From Tepidisphaerales bacterium (lineage in GTDB: Bacteria; Planctomycetota; Phycisphaerae; Tepidisphaerales; Tepidisphaeraceae), in the NCBI GenBank assembly GCA_038215325.1, contig JBBQQZ010000001.1, forward strand, positions 1-38,265: DNA of 38,265 nt. Direction: 5' to 3'. This document shows, piece after piece, positions 7,866-16,929 of the stretch. The position numbers and the translations under genes were made by a program. Every line of letters begins with the position of its first letter. Position 1 is the stretch's first letter. A model generated the notes under the pieces. The model was given only the letters and a program-made list of their open reading frames with translations. It had not been told where the DNA came from and searched no databases.

Positions 7866-10268
7866 ATGACCGCTGATTTGCCGGAAACCGAGTCGCCACT
7901 GCGTCGCCTGATCGAGGGGACGTCCGGTGCGGTTGTGCTGTTGCTGCTGGTGGTGATCTGCTACGCGATGACCGCGCAGTTCGGGTACATCTGGGATGAC
8001 GACACCTACGTCGTCAATAACACCCACCTGCGCGATTTCGCGGGGCTGAGCCGGATGTGGACGCACGTCGGCGCGACGCCTCAATACTACCCGGTGACGT
8101 TCACGTCGTTCTGGATGGAGTACCAGCTTTTCGGGCTGAACCCGGGCGTGTCGCACGTGGTCAACCTGCTGCTGCACGCCGGGAGCGTGCTGCTGCTGTG
8201 GACGATCCTGAAAGGCCTGCGCGTCCCCGGCGCGTGGCTGGCGGCGGCGATTTTTGCGGTGCATCCGATTCATGTGGAATCGGTGGCGTGGATCACGGAG
8301 CGGAAGAACACGCTGTCGCTGGCGTTTGGGTTGTCGGCGCTACTGGTTTACCTGCGCTACGCCGGGCTGATCGCCAAGCCGCAAGCGGCACCGAAGCCGA
8401 CGATCAAGACCGAAGACGGCGAGGAAGAAGACGACGGCGGGGTGGACCTGTCGCTGCCGGACGACCCGAAGCGGCTGTACGCGTTGTTTATCGTCCTGTT
8501 TCTGTGCGCCCTGCTTTCCAAGACAACGCTGTCGGTGTTGCCGGGTGTGATCCTGGTGATCGTGTGGTGGAAGAACGGCAAGCTGACGTTGAAGGACGTC
8601 ACGCCGCTGATCGCGCCGATCGTGCTGGGATTGGGCGCGGGGATGCTGACGTCGTGGATCGAGCAGCACCCGTACATCGTCGGTGCGCGCGGGCCGGCGT
8701 GGGAGCATGGGATTCTTGATCGGCTCGCGCTGGCGGGGCAGGTGAGCTGGTTTTACGTCGGCAAACTGCTCCTGCCGCACCCATTCGCGTGGGGCTTGCC
8801 TGCGGGGACGCAGCTTCCGAATCCGCCGGTGACGCTGTTGGAAGTGCCCGAGGGCATTCGCGCGTTTCTGCCGTGGTCGTTGATGTTCAACTATCCGAAG
8901 TGGGACCTGAACGCCGCGAACGTATTGCAATGGGTAGGCACGATTTCGATGGCGTCGGTGGTGGGCGTGCTCTGGGCGATGCGCCAGCGCCTCGGCCGCG
9001 GGGCGCTGGCGTGCGTGCTGCTTTACCTGGGCTGCCTGGTCCCGGCCATGGGACTGGTCAACGTCTACCCGATGCGCTTCGCGTGGGTCGCCGACCACTT
9101 CGCTTACGTCGCATCCATCGGTTTGACCGTCCTGTTCGCGGCAGGCGTGACGCGATTGTTCCGGCACGTCGCGCTCGCGCCGGTGCTGGGCGTGTTGCTC
9201 GTGGGGTATCTGGCGAGCGTGACGATCCTGCACGGATTGTCGTTCAAGGACTTCCCGACGATCTGGTCAGACACGCTGCTTCGCAACCACAATTCCTGGC
9301 TGTCGGCGGCGAGCCTGGGGGGGTATTGGCGCACCGAGACGGAGAATCGCGTGGCGATGATCGAGTTCGCTGAAACCAAGGAGCAGGAAGAGTTGGCGAA
9401 GAAGAAGGCGCAGGACGCACTGGTTGCTGCGGAGCGCTGGCTGGCCAAGGCGGGCGCGATGAACCCGGATTCGTACGAAGTCCCATTCCAGCTCGCGATG
9501 ATCGAGCGCGCACGCGGCAATTTCGGCAAGGCGATGGCGCTGGCGCTCGACGCCGACCGCATCGCCGCCGAGCAGGGCTCGGTCCAGTACATCTACCCAC
9601 GCCGGCTGCTGGCGTCGCTGCTGGTGCAGAAAGGCGAACCCGAACAGGCCGAGCAGATCCTTGGTGAGCTGCGCGAGAAAGAACCCCTGATGGGCGACAA
9701 AATCCCCGCCACGTTCGCCGAAGCGCGCATGCTGTCGGCGACGCTGGCGCGTAAGCGCCTCAAGGGCAGGATCTCGCCGCGCATGTCGCAGGAGGACGGG
9801 ATCATCCTCGGCCAGGCGATCGACCACCTGGTCGTCGCGACCGAACTGACGCCGCACGATCCGAAGCCGCGACTGGAACTGGCGCGTATTCTGATCGAGC
9901 TGGAACGGCTGCCCGATGCGATCGAGCAGGCGAATCTGATCCTGATGGACAATAAGAACGATGCGGACGCGAAGATGACGATCGCGATGGCGGCGATGAA
10001 GGGCAAGAGCTATCAGATCGCCGGGGCGCAGCTGGCGAACCTGATCCAGCAACAACCGCGTCATCTGCCTGCGTACGTGATGCTCGCCGAGGCGCTGGAG
10101 GAATTGAAACAGGAGAAGGACGCGATCCGCGAGCTGGAGACGGCGTTGAAGATCAACCCCAACTACATCCCCGCGAAGAACATGCTCGCGAGACTGACCG
10201 GCGCGACGACCCAACCGGCGACGACGCAGTCTGCCACCCCCCAACCAACGCCCACGACGCGCCCGTAG
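7866..10268 (+). CDS. TMTC/DUF1736-like polytopic membrane protein with C-terminal TPR repeats (putative glycosyltransferase-C fold)
   Basis: N-terminal YIWDDDTYVVNN..YYPVTFTSFWMEYQLFG..HVVNLLLHA..AVHPIHVESVAWITERKN, followed by many TM segments. The C-terminal ~300 aa has TPR-like repeats and a Thr/Pro/Gln tail. Confidence 0.75.
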   Translation: MTADLPETESPLRRLIEGTSGAVVLLLLVVICYAMTAQFGYIWDDDTYVVNNTHLRDFAGLSRMWTHVGATPQYYPVTFTSFWMEYQLFGLNPGVSHVVNLLLHAGSVLLLWTILKGLRVPGAWLAAAIFAVHPIHVESVAWITERKNTLSLAFGLSALLVYLRYAGLIAKPQAAPKPTIKTEDGEEEDDGGVDLSLPDDPKRLYALFIVLFLCALLSKTTLSVLPGVILVIVWWKNGKLTLKDVTPLIAPIVLGLGAGMLTSWIEQHPYIVGARGPAWEHGILDRLALAGQVSWFYVGKLLLPHPFAWGLPAGTQLPNPPVTLLEVPEGIRAFLPWSLMFNYPKWDLNAANVLQWVGTISMASVVGVLWAMRQRLGRGALACVLLYLGCLVPAMGLVNVYPMRFAWVADHFAYVASIGLTVLFAAGVTRLFRHVALAPVLGVLLVGYLASVTILHGLSFKDFPTIWSDTLLRNHNSWLSAASLGGYWRTETENRVAMIEFAETKEQEELAKKKAQDALVAAERWLAKAGAMNPDSYEVPFQLAMIERARGNFGKAMALALDADRIAAEQGSVQYIYPRRLLASLLVQKGEPEQAEQILGELREKEPLMGDKIPATFAEARMLSATLARKRLKGRISPRMSQEDGIILGQAIDHLVVATELTPHDPKPRLELARILIELERLPDAIEQANLILMDNKNDADAKMTIAMAAMKGKSYQIAGAQLANLIQQQPRHLPAYVMLAEALEELKQEKDAIRELETALKINPNYIPAKNMLARLTGATTQPATTQSATPQPTPTTRP

Positions 10269-10354
10269 TTTACGGACTCCAGTAGCCGCGTCGCTACGCG
10301 ATGCGCGTCTTCGATTCCGCGCAATGCGTAGCGCGTGGAATCGCGGTTTGTGAA

Positions 10355-10438
10355 TCCGGGCGGCGGGAATCGAACCCGCACGAGATTTTGTCTCAACGGA
10401 TTTTAAGTCCGTAGCGTCTGCCGTTCCGCCACGCCCGG
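10355..10438 (-). tRNA. tRNA-Leu (anticodon UAA), type II with long variable arm
   Basis: The reverse complement folds by hand. Acceptor CCGGGCG/CGCCCGG, anticodon arm ACGGA-CUUAAAA-UCCGU, variable arm GAGA-CAAAA-UCUC, T arm GCGGG-UUCGAUU-CCCGC, discriminator A. No encoded CCA. Confidence 0.93.
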
Positions 10439-10489
10439 GGAGCCGAAGCATCTTACGCTTTGGCGTGGGATCAACCAACTGTTTGAGTT

Positions 10490-10541
10490 GTAAGGTTCGC
10501 CGTGCGAACCGCTGGCGGACGGTTCGCATGGCGAACCCTAC
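10490..10541. repeat. GTAGGG...CCCTAC-family double-hairpin element (GTAAGG variant)
   Basis: GTAAGGTTCGCCGTGCGAACC-GCTGGCGGAC-GGTTCGCATGGCGAACCCTAC. Its right end contains the ispD stop codon (CTA 10538-10540 = TAG on the minus strand). Confidence 0.85.
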
Positions 10542-11206
10542 AGCCACATCGCCGCGATTTTCAGGTCGATCGGCGTCGTGATTTTCAGGTTCGATTCCTC
10601 GCCCGCGACGAGCGTGACGGGCAGGCCGATGAGTTCGAGGAGTTGAACGTCGTCGGTGACCTGTTCGAGCGGGATGGGGCAGGTGGCGTAGGCTCGCAAG
10701 AGATCGTCGCGACGCATCGTTTGCGGGGTTTGCATCGCCCAGAGGCGATCGCGCGGGACGGTCCGGCGGATCGGCGCGGGTAGCGGGCCGGCGGCTTCTT
10801 TGATCGTGAGGGAGACGGGCATCGCCGGCGCCGCGGCGCCGGTTTGGATCGCGGCGGCGAAGACGCGGTCGATCAACACATGGCTCACCAGCGGCCTGGC
10901 AGCGTCGTGTACGGCGAGCCACTCGCTCGTCGACGACTTCGCTGCGATCTGCACCGTCTGCGCCCGCGTCCGCCCGCCATCGGTCCAGCGGAGCTTGCTC
11001 AATCGGTTAGGGAACAAGGCTTCGAGCGTCGAGCGATCTCGCGTCGCCAGCACGATCTCTGCCACATCCTCCCGATCCAGAAACGCGTTCACCGCGCGCA
11101 CGATCACCGGCACGCCCACCAGATCAGCGGTGAGCTTGTTCGCTCCAAACCGCGCCGACACACCGGCGGCGGGGATGATGACCGAAAACTGATGCATGCG
11201 ATTCAA
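10538..11206 (-). CDS. ispD: 2-C-methyl-D-erythritol 4-phosphate cytidylyltransferase
   Basis: VIIPAAGVSARFG..K, DAARPLV, and a C-terminal EESNLKITTPIDLK-type motif. The ORF-track start at 11206 is TTG; ATG at 11197 is an alternative. Confidence 0.88.
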   Translation of the reverse strand: MNRMHQFSVIIPAAGVSARFGANKLTADLVGVPVIVRAVNAFLDREDVAEIVLATRDRSTLEALFPNRLSKLRWTDGGRTRAQTVQIAAKSSTSEWLAVHDAARPLVSHVLIDRVFAAAIQTGAAAPAMPVSLTIKEAAGPLPAPIRRTVPRDRLWAMQTPQTMRRDDLLRAYATCPIPLEQVTDDVQLLELIGLPVTLVAGEESNLKITTPIDLKIAAMWL

Positions 11207-11235
11207 AGGTTAACCCCGAAGCGGCAGAGATGTCA

Positions 11236-11563
11236 TCCACGAATCTTCACGAATCGCCACGAATGCGGAAAGAAAAAGTAGCCGCAGATAAACGCAGATA
11301 AGAAATACAATTCTCTTGTTTTCATCTGCGAACCCTCTGAATAACTCTGGCTATTGCGCAAGTTGTCATCCTGAGGTATTCCGAAGGATCTTGTCGGCCC
11401 GCAAAGGGCCCCAAATCAGGTCGTCGAGTAGATGCTTCGGGGTACCTCAGCATGACATTCTGAAGAGAATCAGGTTATTCAGAGGACTCCTGCGTTTATG
11501 TGCGTCCATCTTCGGATCAAACGCATTTGATCTCATTCGTGTCGATTCGTGCGGATTCGTGGA
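11236..11563. repeat. Long (~330 bp) imperfect palindrome with CACGAAT-family termini
   Basis: Termini are TCCACGAATCTTCACGAATCGCCACGAATG and CATTCGTGTCGATTCGTGCGGATTCGTGGA. Internal blocks pair across the centre: CCTCTGAATAAC/GTTATTCAGAGG, TGTCATCCTGAGGTA/TACCTCAGCATGACA, and apex GGCCC-GCAAA-GGGCC at about 11396-11410. Confidence 0.85.
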
Positions 11564-12688
11564 TCAATTCTGTTTTGTTTGTTCAGGCTTACCTCGCGGC
11601 GCGGTATCGACCAGGCGGCCAAAGATCATTTTTCCGGCGCTGGTTTGGACGGTGTTGGTGACGTTGAATTCGATTTCTTCGTTCAGATGCGTGCGGGCCT
11701 GTTCGACGACGACCATCGTGCCGTCGTCCATGTATCCAACGCCCTGTCCCGGCGATTCGCCGGGCTTGATGATGCGGACGAACAGGCGCTCGCCGGGCAG
11801 CACTTCGGGCTTCATCTGGGCGGCCAGTTCGTTGATGTTTATCACGTCGATCCCGCCAAGCTGGGCAACCTTGTTCAGGTTGTAGTCGGTGGTCAGCACG
11901 CGGGCTTCCAGTTCCTTCGCCAGGCGCATCAGGCGCTGGTCGACGGTGTCGGTGGGATCGCTGAGGCCGGTTTCGTAGGTGATGACTTCGATCTTGGCGG
12001 ACTTCTGGAGCTTGGCGAGCACGTCCAACCCGCGCCGGCCGCGGTTGCGTTTCAGGCGGTCGGCGCTGTCGGAGACGGTTTGAAGTTCCAGCAACACGAA
12101 GCGAGGGACGATCATCTGGCTTTCAAAGACGCCCGTCTCGGCGATCGCCGCGATGCGGCCGTCGATCAGGGCGCTGGTGTCCAGCAGGATGGGCCTGGCG
12201 CCGCGCGTCTGCTTGCGGAATTCCACGTAGGGGACGATGAACCGGAAATCGTCCTTCGTCTGCATGATGAAGCTGATCGAAAAATAAGTGGTCGCGCAGT
12301 AGACCAGCAACTGAATGAACGACGTGAGCATCCGGCGTTGCTCGGCGTCCATTTCGCTGTTGAAGGTGAGCTGGTTCAACACCAGCGCCACGACAAAGCT
12401 GAGCGCGTACCCTGCGGTCACGCCGACGACCAGCCCGAAGAACGTGCCTGCGAACAGCCCGAGCTTGCGGCGGGAGGGCGCAAGAATGTCGATGCAGACC
12501 GCCAGCACGCCGATCGTCAGTCCCACCGCCACCGCCAGCGGGGAGGCGCTGCTGGTCCTGGTTTCAACATCGGTGACGACGTAGTTCCATCCAATGCCCG
12601 CCATCATCAGGACGAACACAGCGCGAAGGATGGTGAGAAAAATGCTCATGGACCCCACCACAATCGACCGGTGTTTCGAGACGGCCAA
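11564..12688 (-). CDS. yacL: PIN/TRAM domain membrane-anchored protein (YacL-like)
   Basis: N-terminal TM segments, PIN core LLDTSALIDGRI..VPRFVLLELQ, and C-terminal TRAM-like GERLFVRIIKPGESPGQGVGYMDDGTMVVVE. Lies upstream of ispD, as in the Firmicute yacL-ispD arrangement. Met14 (12649) is an alternative start. Confidence 0.8.
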   Translation of the reverse strand: MAVSKHRSIVVGSMSIFLTILRAVFVLMMAGIGWNYVVTDVETRTSSASPLAVAVGLTIGVLAVCIDILAPSRRKLGLFAGTFFGLVVGVTAGYALSFVVALVLNQLTFNSEMDAEQRRMLTSFIQLLVYCATTYFSISFIMQTKDDFRFIVPYVEFRKQTRGARPILLDTSALIDGRIAAIAETGVFESQMIVPRFVLLELQTVSDSADRLKRNRGRRGLDVLAKLQKSAKIEVITYETGLSDPTDTVDQRLMRLAKELEARVLTTDYNLNKVAQLGGIDVININELAAQMKPEVLPGERLFVRIIKPGESPGQGVGYMDDGTMVVVEQARTHLNEEIEFNVTNTVQTSAGKMIFGRLVDTAPRGKPEQTKQN

Positions 12689-12707
12689 ACGGGGAACTCA
12701 GGGCGTG

Positions 12708-13571
12708 TCAAGTTACGTGGCGATACGCCCAAACCAGAACCGCCGTCCCGATGATAATACGGTAGATGGCAAAAGGCACGAAGCCATGTTTACGAACCCA
12801 GGCCATGAACCAGGCGATGACGAGGTACGCGCTGGCGAAGCTGACGACCGATCCGATCGCCAACGTGATCCAGCGGGCGGTGGTCATCCCGCCGGCGATG
12901 AAGGCGGGGTCGCCGAGGGGGGCGCCGATCGATTCTTTCAGGTCAAAAGCACACGCGGCCAGCATCAGCGGGATGCTGACGAAGAAGCTGAACTCCAGCG
13001 CCGTCCGCCGATCCAGCCCCGCCAACTGCCCGGCGGCGATCGTGCTCATGCTGCGGCTGACCCCCGGGAAAACCGCAGAAAGAATCTGCACCGCCCCGAT
13101 CCACGCCGCCTGCCAGGGTTTCATCGTGTCGATCGATTGCACCTTTCCACGCGACGCATAAACCGCATCAACCACCCACATTACCACGCCGCCGATGACC
13201 AACGCCCAGCCCATGATGACCAGGCTCTCAAGATTGTCCTTGATCGCCTTGGACAGGATCTTTGCGGGGATGCCCGTCACCACGGTTGCGATGCCCACCA
13301 GCGCCAGCGGGTGGGCGTAGAACTTTTGGAGCGTTAATCCGCCTTTGAACCAACTGGTGACGAATTCGCGCAGGCGTACGCGGAAATAGAGCACCACCGC
13401 CAGGATCGCCGGGAGCTGGATCGCGACGGCGAACATTTTCCAGAAACCGTCGTTGAGGTTCACGCCCAGTAGCGCCTGGGTCAGCCGGATATGCGCCGTC
13501 GAGCTGACGGGCAGAAACTCGGTCAGCCCTTCGACAATCCCGACAATGACAGCAATAAGGTAGTCGTGCAC
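12708..13571 (-). CDS. uppP: Undecaprenyl-diphosphate phosphatase
   Basis: GIVEGLTEFLPVSSTAHI N-terminal signature, a polytopic membrane profile, and PGVSRS. Confidence 0.9.
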   Translation of the reverse strand: MHDYLIAVIVGIVEGLTEFLPVSSTAHIRLTQALLGVNLNDGFWKMFAVAIQLPAILAVVLYFRVRLREFVTSWFKGGLTLQKFYAHPLALVGIATVVTGIPAKILSKAIKDNLESLVIMGWALVIGGVVMWVVDAVYASRGKVQSIDTMKPWQAAWIGAVQILSAVFPGVSRSMSTIAAGQLAGLDRRTALEFSFFVSIPLMLAACAFDLKESIGAPLGDPAFIAGGMTTARWITLAIGSVVSFASAYLVIAWFMAWVRKHGFVPFAIYRIIIGTAVLVWAYRHVT

Positions 13572-13578
13572 CAGATTG

Positions 13579-14253
13579 TTATCGGCCAGCCCCGCGCATG
13601 AACTGAACGCTCCGGACTAAATATCCCCACGCCGAACCCACCGTCACCACCAGCGTGGTCCAGATGCAGATATCGCGGAACATCCCAGCGTAGGACCGGT
13701 ACGCCTCATACGCCTCCGGCGACGCCCGCCGCTGCAAAACCTCGAGAAAATACACGTAGGTGATGATCACCAGGATGGTCACCGACTGCATCACCATCTT
13801 CAGTTTGCCCCATTTGTCGGCCCCGAAGCTGACGCCCGATTTCTCCGCCAGCCCGCGGATGCTCGTCACAAGCAGCTCGCGTCCGAGAATCACCACCACC
13901 ATCGCGGGTGTAACCCCGGTGATCGTGTGGGCGACGTAAATCTGCCCGTCCACCACCTCGGTCGCGATGATAAAATTCTTGCCGGCGAAGAAAATGAACG
14001 ACCCGAGCACCAATATCTTGTCCACAAACGGGTCGACGACCCGCCCGAAGCCGCTTTCGACCTTCCATAGCCGGGCAAGGTAGCCGTCGATGTAATCGGT
14101 GCTGATGGCGATCAGGCACGTGAAGAACCCGATGGTCAGAAGCGTGGAATGCCCGCGCCCCTCGTACTGATACCAGGAAAGGATGACGAAGAAGACGATC
14201 GCCAGGATGAGCCGGGCGGTCGTGATGAGATTCGGGATCTGCCTGTAATCCAT
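13579..14253 (-). CDS. pgsA: CDP-alcohol phosphatidyltransferase (PgsA-like)
   Basis: IPNLITTARL, then DYIDGYLARLWKVESGFGRVVDPFVDK, which fits the D-G-x2-A-R..G-x3-D-x3-D motif. Start set at Met92 (MDYRQIPN) of the 315-aa ORF; the upstream extension looks non-coding. Confidence 0.85.
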   Translation of the reverse strand: MDYRQIPNLITTARLILAIVFFVILSWYQYEGRGHSTLLTIGFFTCLIAISTDYIDGYLARLWKVESGFGRVVDPFVDKILVLGSFIFFAGKNFIIATEVVDGQIYVAHTITGVTPAMVVVILGRELLVTSIRGLAEKSGVSFGADKWGKLKMVMQSVTILVIITYVYFLEVLQRRASPEAYEAYRSYAGMFRDICIWTTLVVTVGSAWGYLVRSVQFMRGAGR

Positions 14254-14364
14254 CCGGCGGGCGATTGTAAGGAAGGCGGGGGGACACGCCAGCACGTGCG
14301 GCGAGAACGCGCAGGGACGGGTCGGGCGCTCGACGCTTTCGGGTCGTTCCCCGATGATGCGGGC

Positions 14365-14826
14365 ATGAGCAGCACCTCGCCTTCCGTCGGACCATATGCA
14401 CCCCCGCCCGTCGTCGGTTACGCGCCGCCGGAGATGGGGAATCAGCGGGTGTGGAACGCGGTGCGGCTGGGGCTGATAATCTGGGCAAGCGTTGTCATCC
14501 TCCGGCACGCGTTTTACTGGATCCACATCTACTCCATGACCCGTTCCACTCCCACGCTTCAGTTGGCTCAGACGTTGCTGGAGGTCGTGGGGCTTGTGCT
14601 GGTCATCGTTGGCGCAATCGTCGGGGCGGCAAGAGTCGTGCTGGTAATGGGGCTTTGCGTTTTCCTGGCGGCGGTGCTGTTGGGATTCGGATTGAGCGCA
14701 ATGGACTTTCGCAGCGGGGGGCCGCAGGCATTGACGGCATTGCCCTGGCGATTTTTTGGGAGCCTGACCGCCGCCGCGCCGGCGATTTTGGCGCTCTTGG
14801 CGACATGGGCGGCTCGGCGCGTCTAA
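14365..14826 (+). CDS. Hypothetical membrane protein
   Basis: Pro-rich N-terminus followed by 3-4 hydrophobic segments, with GC3-rich codons. Divergent from pgsA. Start chosen at the first Met that does not overlap pgsA. Confidence 0.5.
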   Translation: MSSTSPSVGPYAPPPVVGYAPPEMGNQRVWNAVRLGLIIWASVVILRHAFYWIHIYSMTRSTPTLQLAQTLLEVVGLVLVIVGAIVGAARVVLVMGLCVFLAAVLLGFGLSAMDFRSGGPQALTALPWRFFGSLTAAAPAILALLATWAARRV

Positions 14827-14848
14827 AACTGTCTGGCAATGACGACTT

Positions 14849-14903
14849 GTAGGGTTCGCCGTGCGAACCGTTTTGGGCGGATGGTTCGCTCGGCGAACGC
14901 TAC
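14849..14903. repeat. GTAGGG...CCCTAC-family double-hairpin element
   Basis: GTAGGGTTCGCCGTGCGAACC-GTTTTGGGCGGAT-GGTTCGCTCGGCGAACGCTAC, located in a convergent gene gap. Confidence 0.85.
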
Positions 14904-14922
14904 AGGAGGTGCCCGCGAATCG

Positions 14923-15945
14923 TTAACGAATTGTGCGTCCCGGCGTGTACTGCACCTTGAGGCTTTCGCCGCGCACGAAGGCGTCGAAGCCTTCCTGGAA
15001 GCGGTCGAGCGGGAGGGTGTGGCTGACCAGCGGTTTGACGTCGATCGCGCCGCTTGCCAGCAGCGCGATGGCGGGGTCGAAGGTGTAGCAGAGCGCGAAG
15101 CTGCCGAGGATCGTCCAGTCGTTCTTGAAGAGTTTGAACGGTTCGATCGGAACCGTCGCGCCGCGCGGCGCGACGCCGAATTGAAGGTACTTTCCGTAAG
15201 GCCGCAGGTGGTCCAGCGCCTTGCCGATTACCGCCGGCACGCCGGTGGCGTCGGCGACGATGGGGAAGCCGTCGGGAGCCAGTTCTCGCAACATATCAGC
15301 CTGATTGGTGCCCGCCAGGATCGTGTGCGTCGCGCCGAGTTTCTTCGCCAGTTCCAGTCGATGCGCCTGTTTTTCGACCACCACCACGCGCGACGCGCCG
15401 CGATGTTTGAGTAACTGCATCAGCACCAGGCCGATCGGCCCCGCGCCGAACAGCAGCACGTCATCGCCGGCATCGAACGACAGCCGGTTCATCGCGTGAA
15501 CCGCGCAGGAAAGGGGTTCGATGAACGCCGCCTGCGCGTCGTCGATTGAATCGGGCACGACGTACGCCAGCCGCGCGGGCGCCGCGACGTACTCGGCAAA
15601 GCCGCCGGAGCGCGTGATGCCCACGCCTTGCCAGTTGCTGCACTGGTTGTTCTGGCGTCGTCTACAGAACGCGCAGCGGCCGCAATCGATGTTGGGATCG
15701 ACCGCGACGCGCGTCCCCGTCTTCAAGTACGTCACGTCCCGGCCCACCTCCACCACCTCGCCGCAGAACTCGTGACCCGGCACGAGGGGGAATTTCGACA
15801 GGTATTCGTTCCGTGAGATGTGCACGTCCGTTCCGCATAGCCCGGCCCGGGCGACGCGGACGATTACTTCGTCAGGCCCGCATACGGGTTCGGGGACATC
15901 GGCGACGACGATCTGCTCGGGTGCTGGGAAGGTGACGGCTCGCAT
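14923..15945 (-). CDS. Zinc-dependent alcohol dehydrogenase family (sorbitol/threonine dehydrogenase-like MDR)
   Basis: [16 protein letters not shown], a structural-zinc Cys cluster [16 protein letters not shown], and a Rossmann motif [10 protein letters not shown]. Confidence 0.85.
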   Translation of the reverse strand: MRAVTFPAPEQIVVADVPEPVCGPDEVIVRVARAGLCGTDVHISRNEYLSKFPLVPGHEFCGEVVEVGRDVTYLKTGTRVAVDPNIDCGRCAFCRRRQNNQCSNWQGVGITRSGGFAEYVAAPARLAYVVPDSIDDAQAAFIEPLSCAVHAMNRLSFDAGDDVLLFGAGPIGLVLMQLLKHRGASRVVVVEKQAHRLELAKKLGATHTILAGTNQADMLRELAPDGFPIVADATGVPAVIGKALDHLRPYGKYLQFGVAPRGATVPIEPFKLFKNDWTILGSFALCYTFDPAIALLASGAIDVKPLVSHTLPLDRFQEGFDAFVRGESLKVQYTPGRTIR

Positions 15946-15987
15946 CGGGGGATTGTAGCACGCATATTCGTAGCGGCCCCGCCCAAC

Positions 15988-16428
15988 TCAGCCCGACTTC
16001 GCCTGAGACGCGCACCTGCGGATCGGAATCAGTGCCCGCAGCCGCGGCTCGCGCAGGAATAGCGCCAGCCAGACGACCATCCCGATGATCACAACGAGGA
16101 TGAACGGCTCGCCGATGCGCACATGCGTCGCGATCGCGCCGCCGAGATAGCCGGTGACGAGGATCGCGCCGAGGATGGCCGTGCGCGGGATCAGGTACAG
16201 GACCACACATGCCACCTCCGCGATCGCGATGGGCAATAGCGCCCCGGCCGGATACCCGAGCTTCTCGCCCCAGTCCTTCTGCAACTCCGGCGGATTCACG
16301 AACTTCATCGTCGCGCTGAACGCCAGCAGGAGCGAGAGGATAATCGTCAGAACCCAGCCGGTGATGGTGAGGGCTTTGTGTTGTTTGGCTGGTATGTTCG
16401 GCTGGGTTTGATAGTCGGGCGTCGTCAT
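15988..16428 (-). CDS. DoxX-like membrane protein
   Basis: Four hydrophobic segments and AIAEVACVVLYLIPRTAILGAILVTGYLGGAIATHVR, typical of DoxX-like proteins. Start set at Met39 because the upstream part of the ORF runs into a palindromic repeat. Confidence 0.65.
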   Translation of the reverse strand: MTTPDYQTQPNIPAKQHKALTITGWVLTIILSLLLAFSATMKFVNPPELQKDWGEKLGYPAGALLPIAIAEVACVVLYLIPRTAILGAILVTGYLGGAIATHVRIGEPFILVVIIGMVVWLALFLREPRLRALIPIRRCASQAKSG

Positions 16429-16465
16429 GCGACGAAATGTATCGTGGCTTTCGAGATCCGCCAAC

Positions 16466-16539
16466 GTAGGGTGCGTCTTCGACGCACCGTTCATCTCGCG
16501 CTCGCGCGGCGGCGGCTGTGCGTTGGAAACGCACCCTAC
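16466..16539. repeat. GTAGGG...CCCTAC double-hairpin element, variant hairpin sequence
   Basis: GTAGGGTGCGTCTTCGACGCACC ... GTGCGTTGGAAACGCACCCTAC. Same termini and same two-mini-hairpin layout as the GGTTCGC copies, but different stem sequence. Confidence 0.8.
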
Positions 16540-16776
16540 CAAATACGGCGTATTCCGGCGATTTTATCGTTGATCGGACTTTAATGTTCGCGTAAAATTA
16601 GGGTTTCAATTGGCAAGTTTCGGGACGCGATTCCCGGCCGTTTTGGTAGGAGAAATGTGCCGAATGTAGCGCACCCAAATCGGCCCTTGCGTTGCGTTGC
16701 TCGGGTCGGCGCGCGTAAGCAATGGCCGGGCATGGGGTTGGCGGGAGATCGGGGATGTGGCGCGGGTGTGACAGCG

Positions 16777-16792
16777 ATGTAGCGCGCTACAT
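16777..16792. promoter_or_regulatory. Perfect 16-bp palindrome ATGTAGCGCGCTACAT (candidate operator) in the doxX/nadK divergent region
   Basis: Perfect dyad. A half-site ATGTAGCGC recurs at 16664-16672. Confidence 0.35.
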
Positions 16793-16929
16793 TTGGTGTG
16801 CTTCAGAAAACGGAACCGGATCGGGAAATCGGATGATGCGGTTGGAAGAATTGTCGCAAGGGTCGGGAGGGAGAGTTATTCAGGGGTCCCACTTGTCAGA
16901 AGGTCTGCTTCTGTCGACACTTGCCACCT

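Noticed and set aside
10269-10545. tRNA-Leu as an integration hotspot or genomic-island border
   Set aside because: There is no integrase, no direct repeat of the tRNA 3' end, and housekeeping genes lie on both sides.
9267-10922. 551-aa minus-strand ORF
   Set aside because: It runs antisense through the TMTC-like gene, across the tRNA-Leu gene and a palindromic repeat, and out of frame into ispD. Shadow ORF.
11233-11566. 3-bp direct repeat TCA flanking the 330-bp palindrome, as a target-site duplication
   Set aside because: Three bases match by chance too easily. The right-hand TCA is simply the yacL stop codon, and the other CACGAAT-family copies show no flanking duplication.
11549-12754. 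401-aa plus-strand ORF
   Set aside because: It is antisense to the motif-supported PIN/TRAM gene and has shadow composition. The ORFs at 20178..21557(-), 21250..22293(-), 22399..23625(+), 31007..32020(+) and 34638..36536(+) are rejected on the same logic, each lying opposite a motif-supported or clearly GC3-biased gene.
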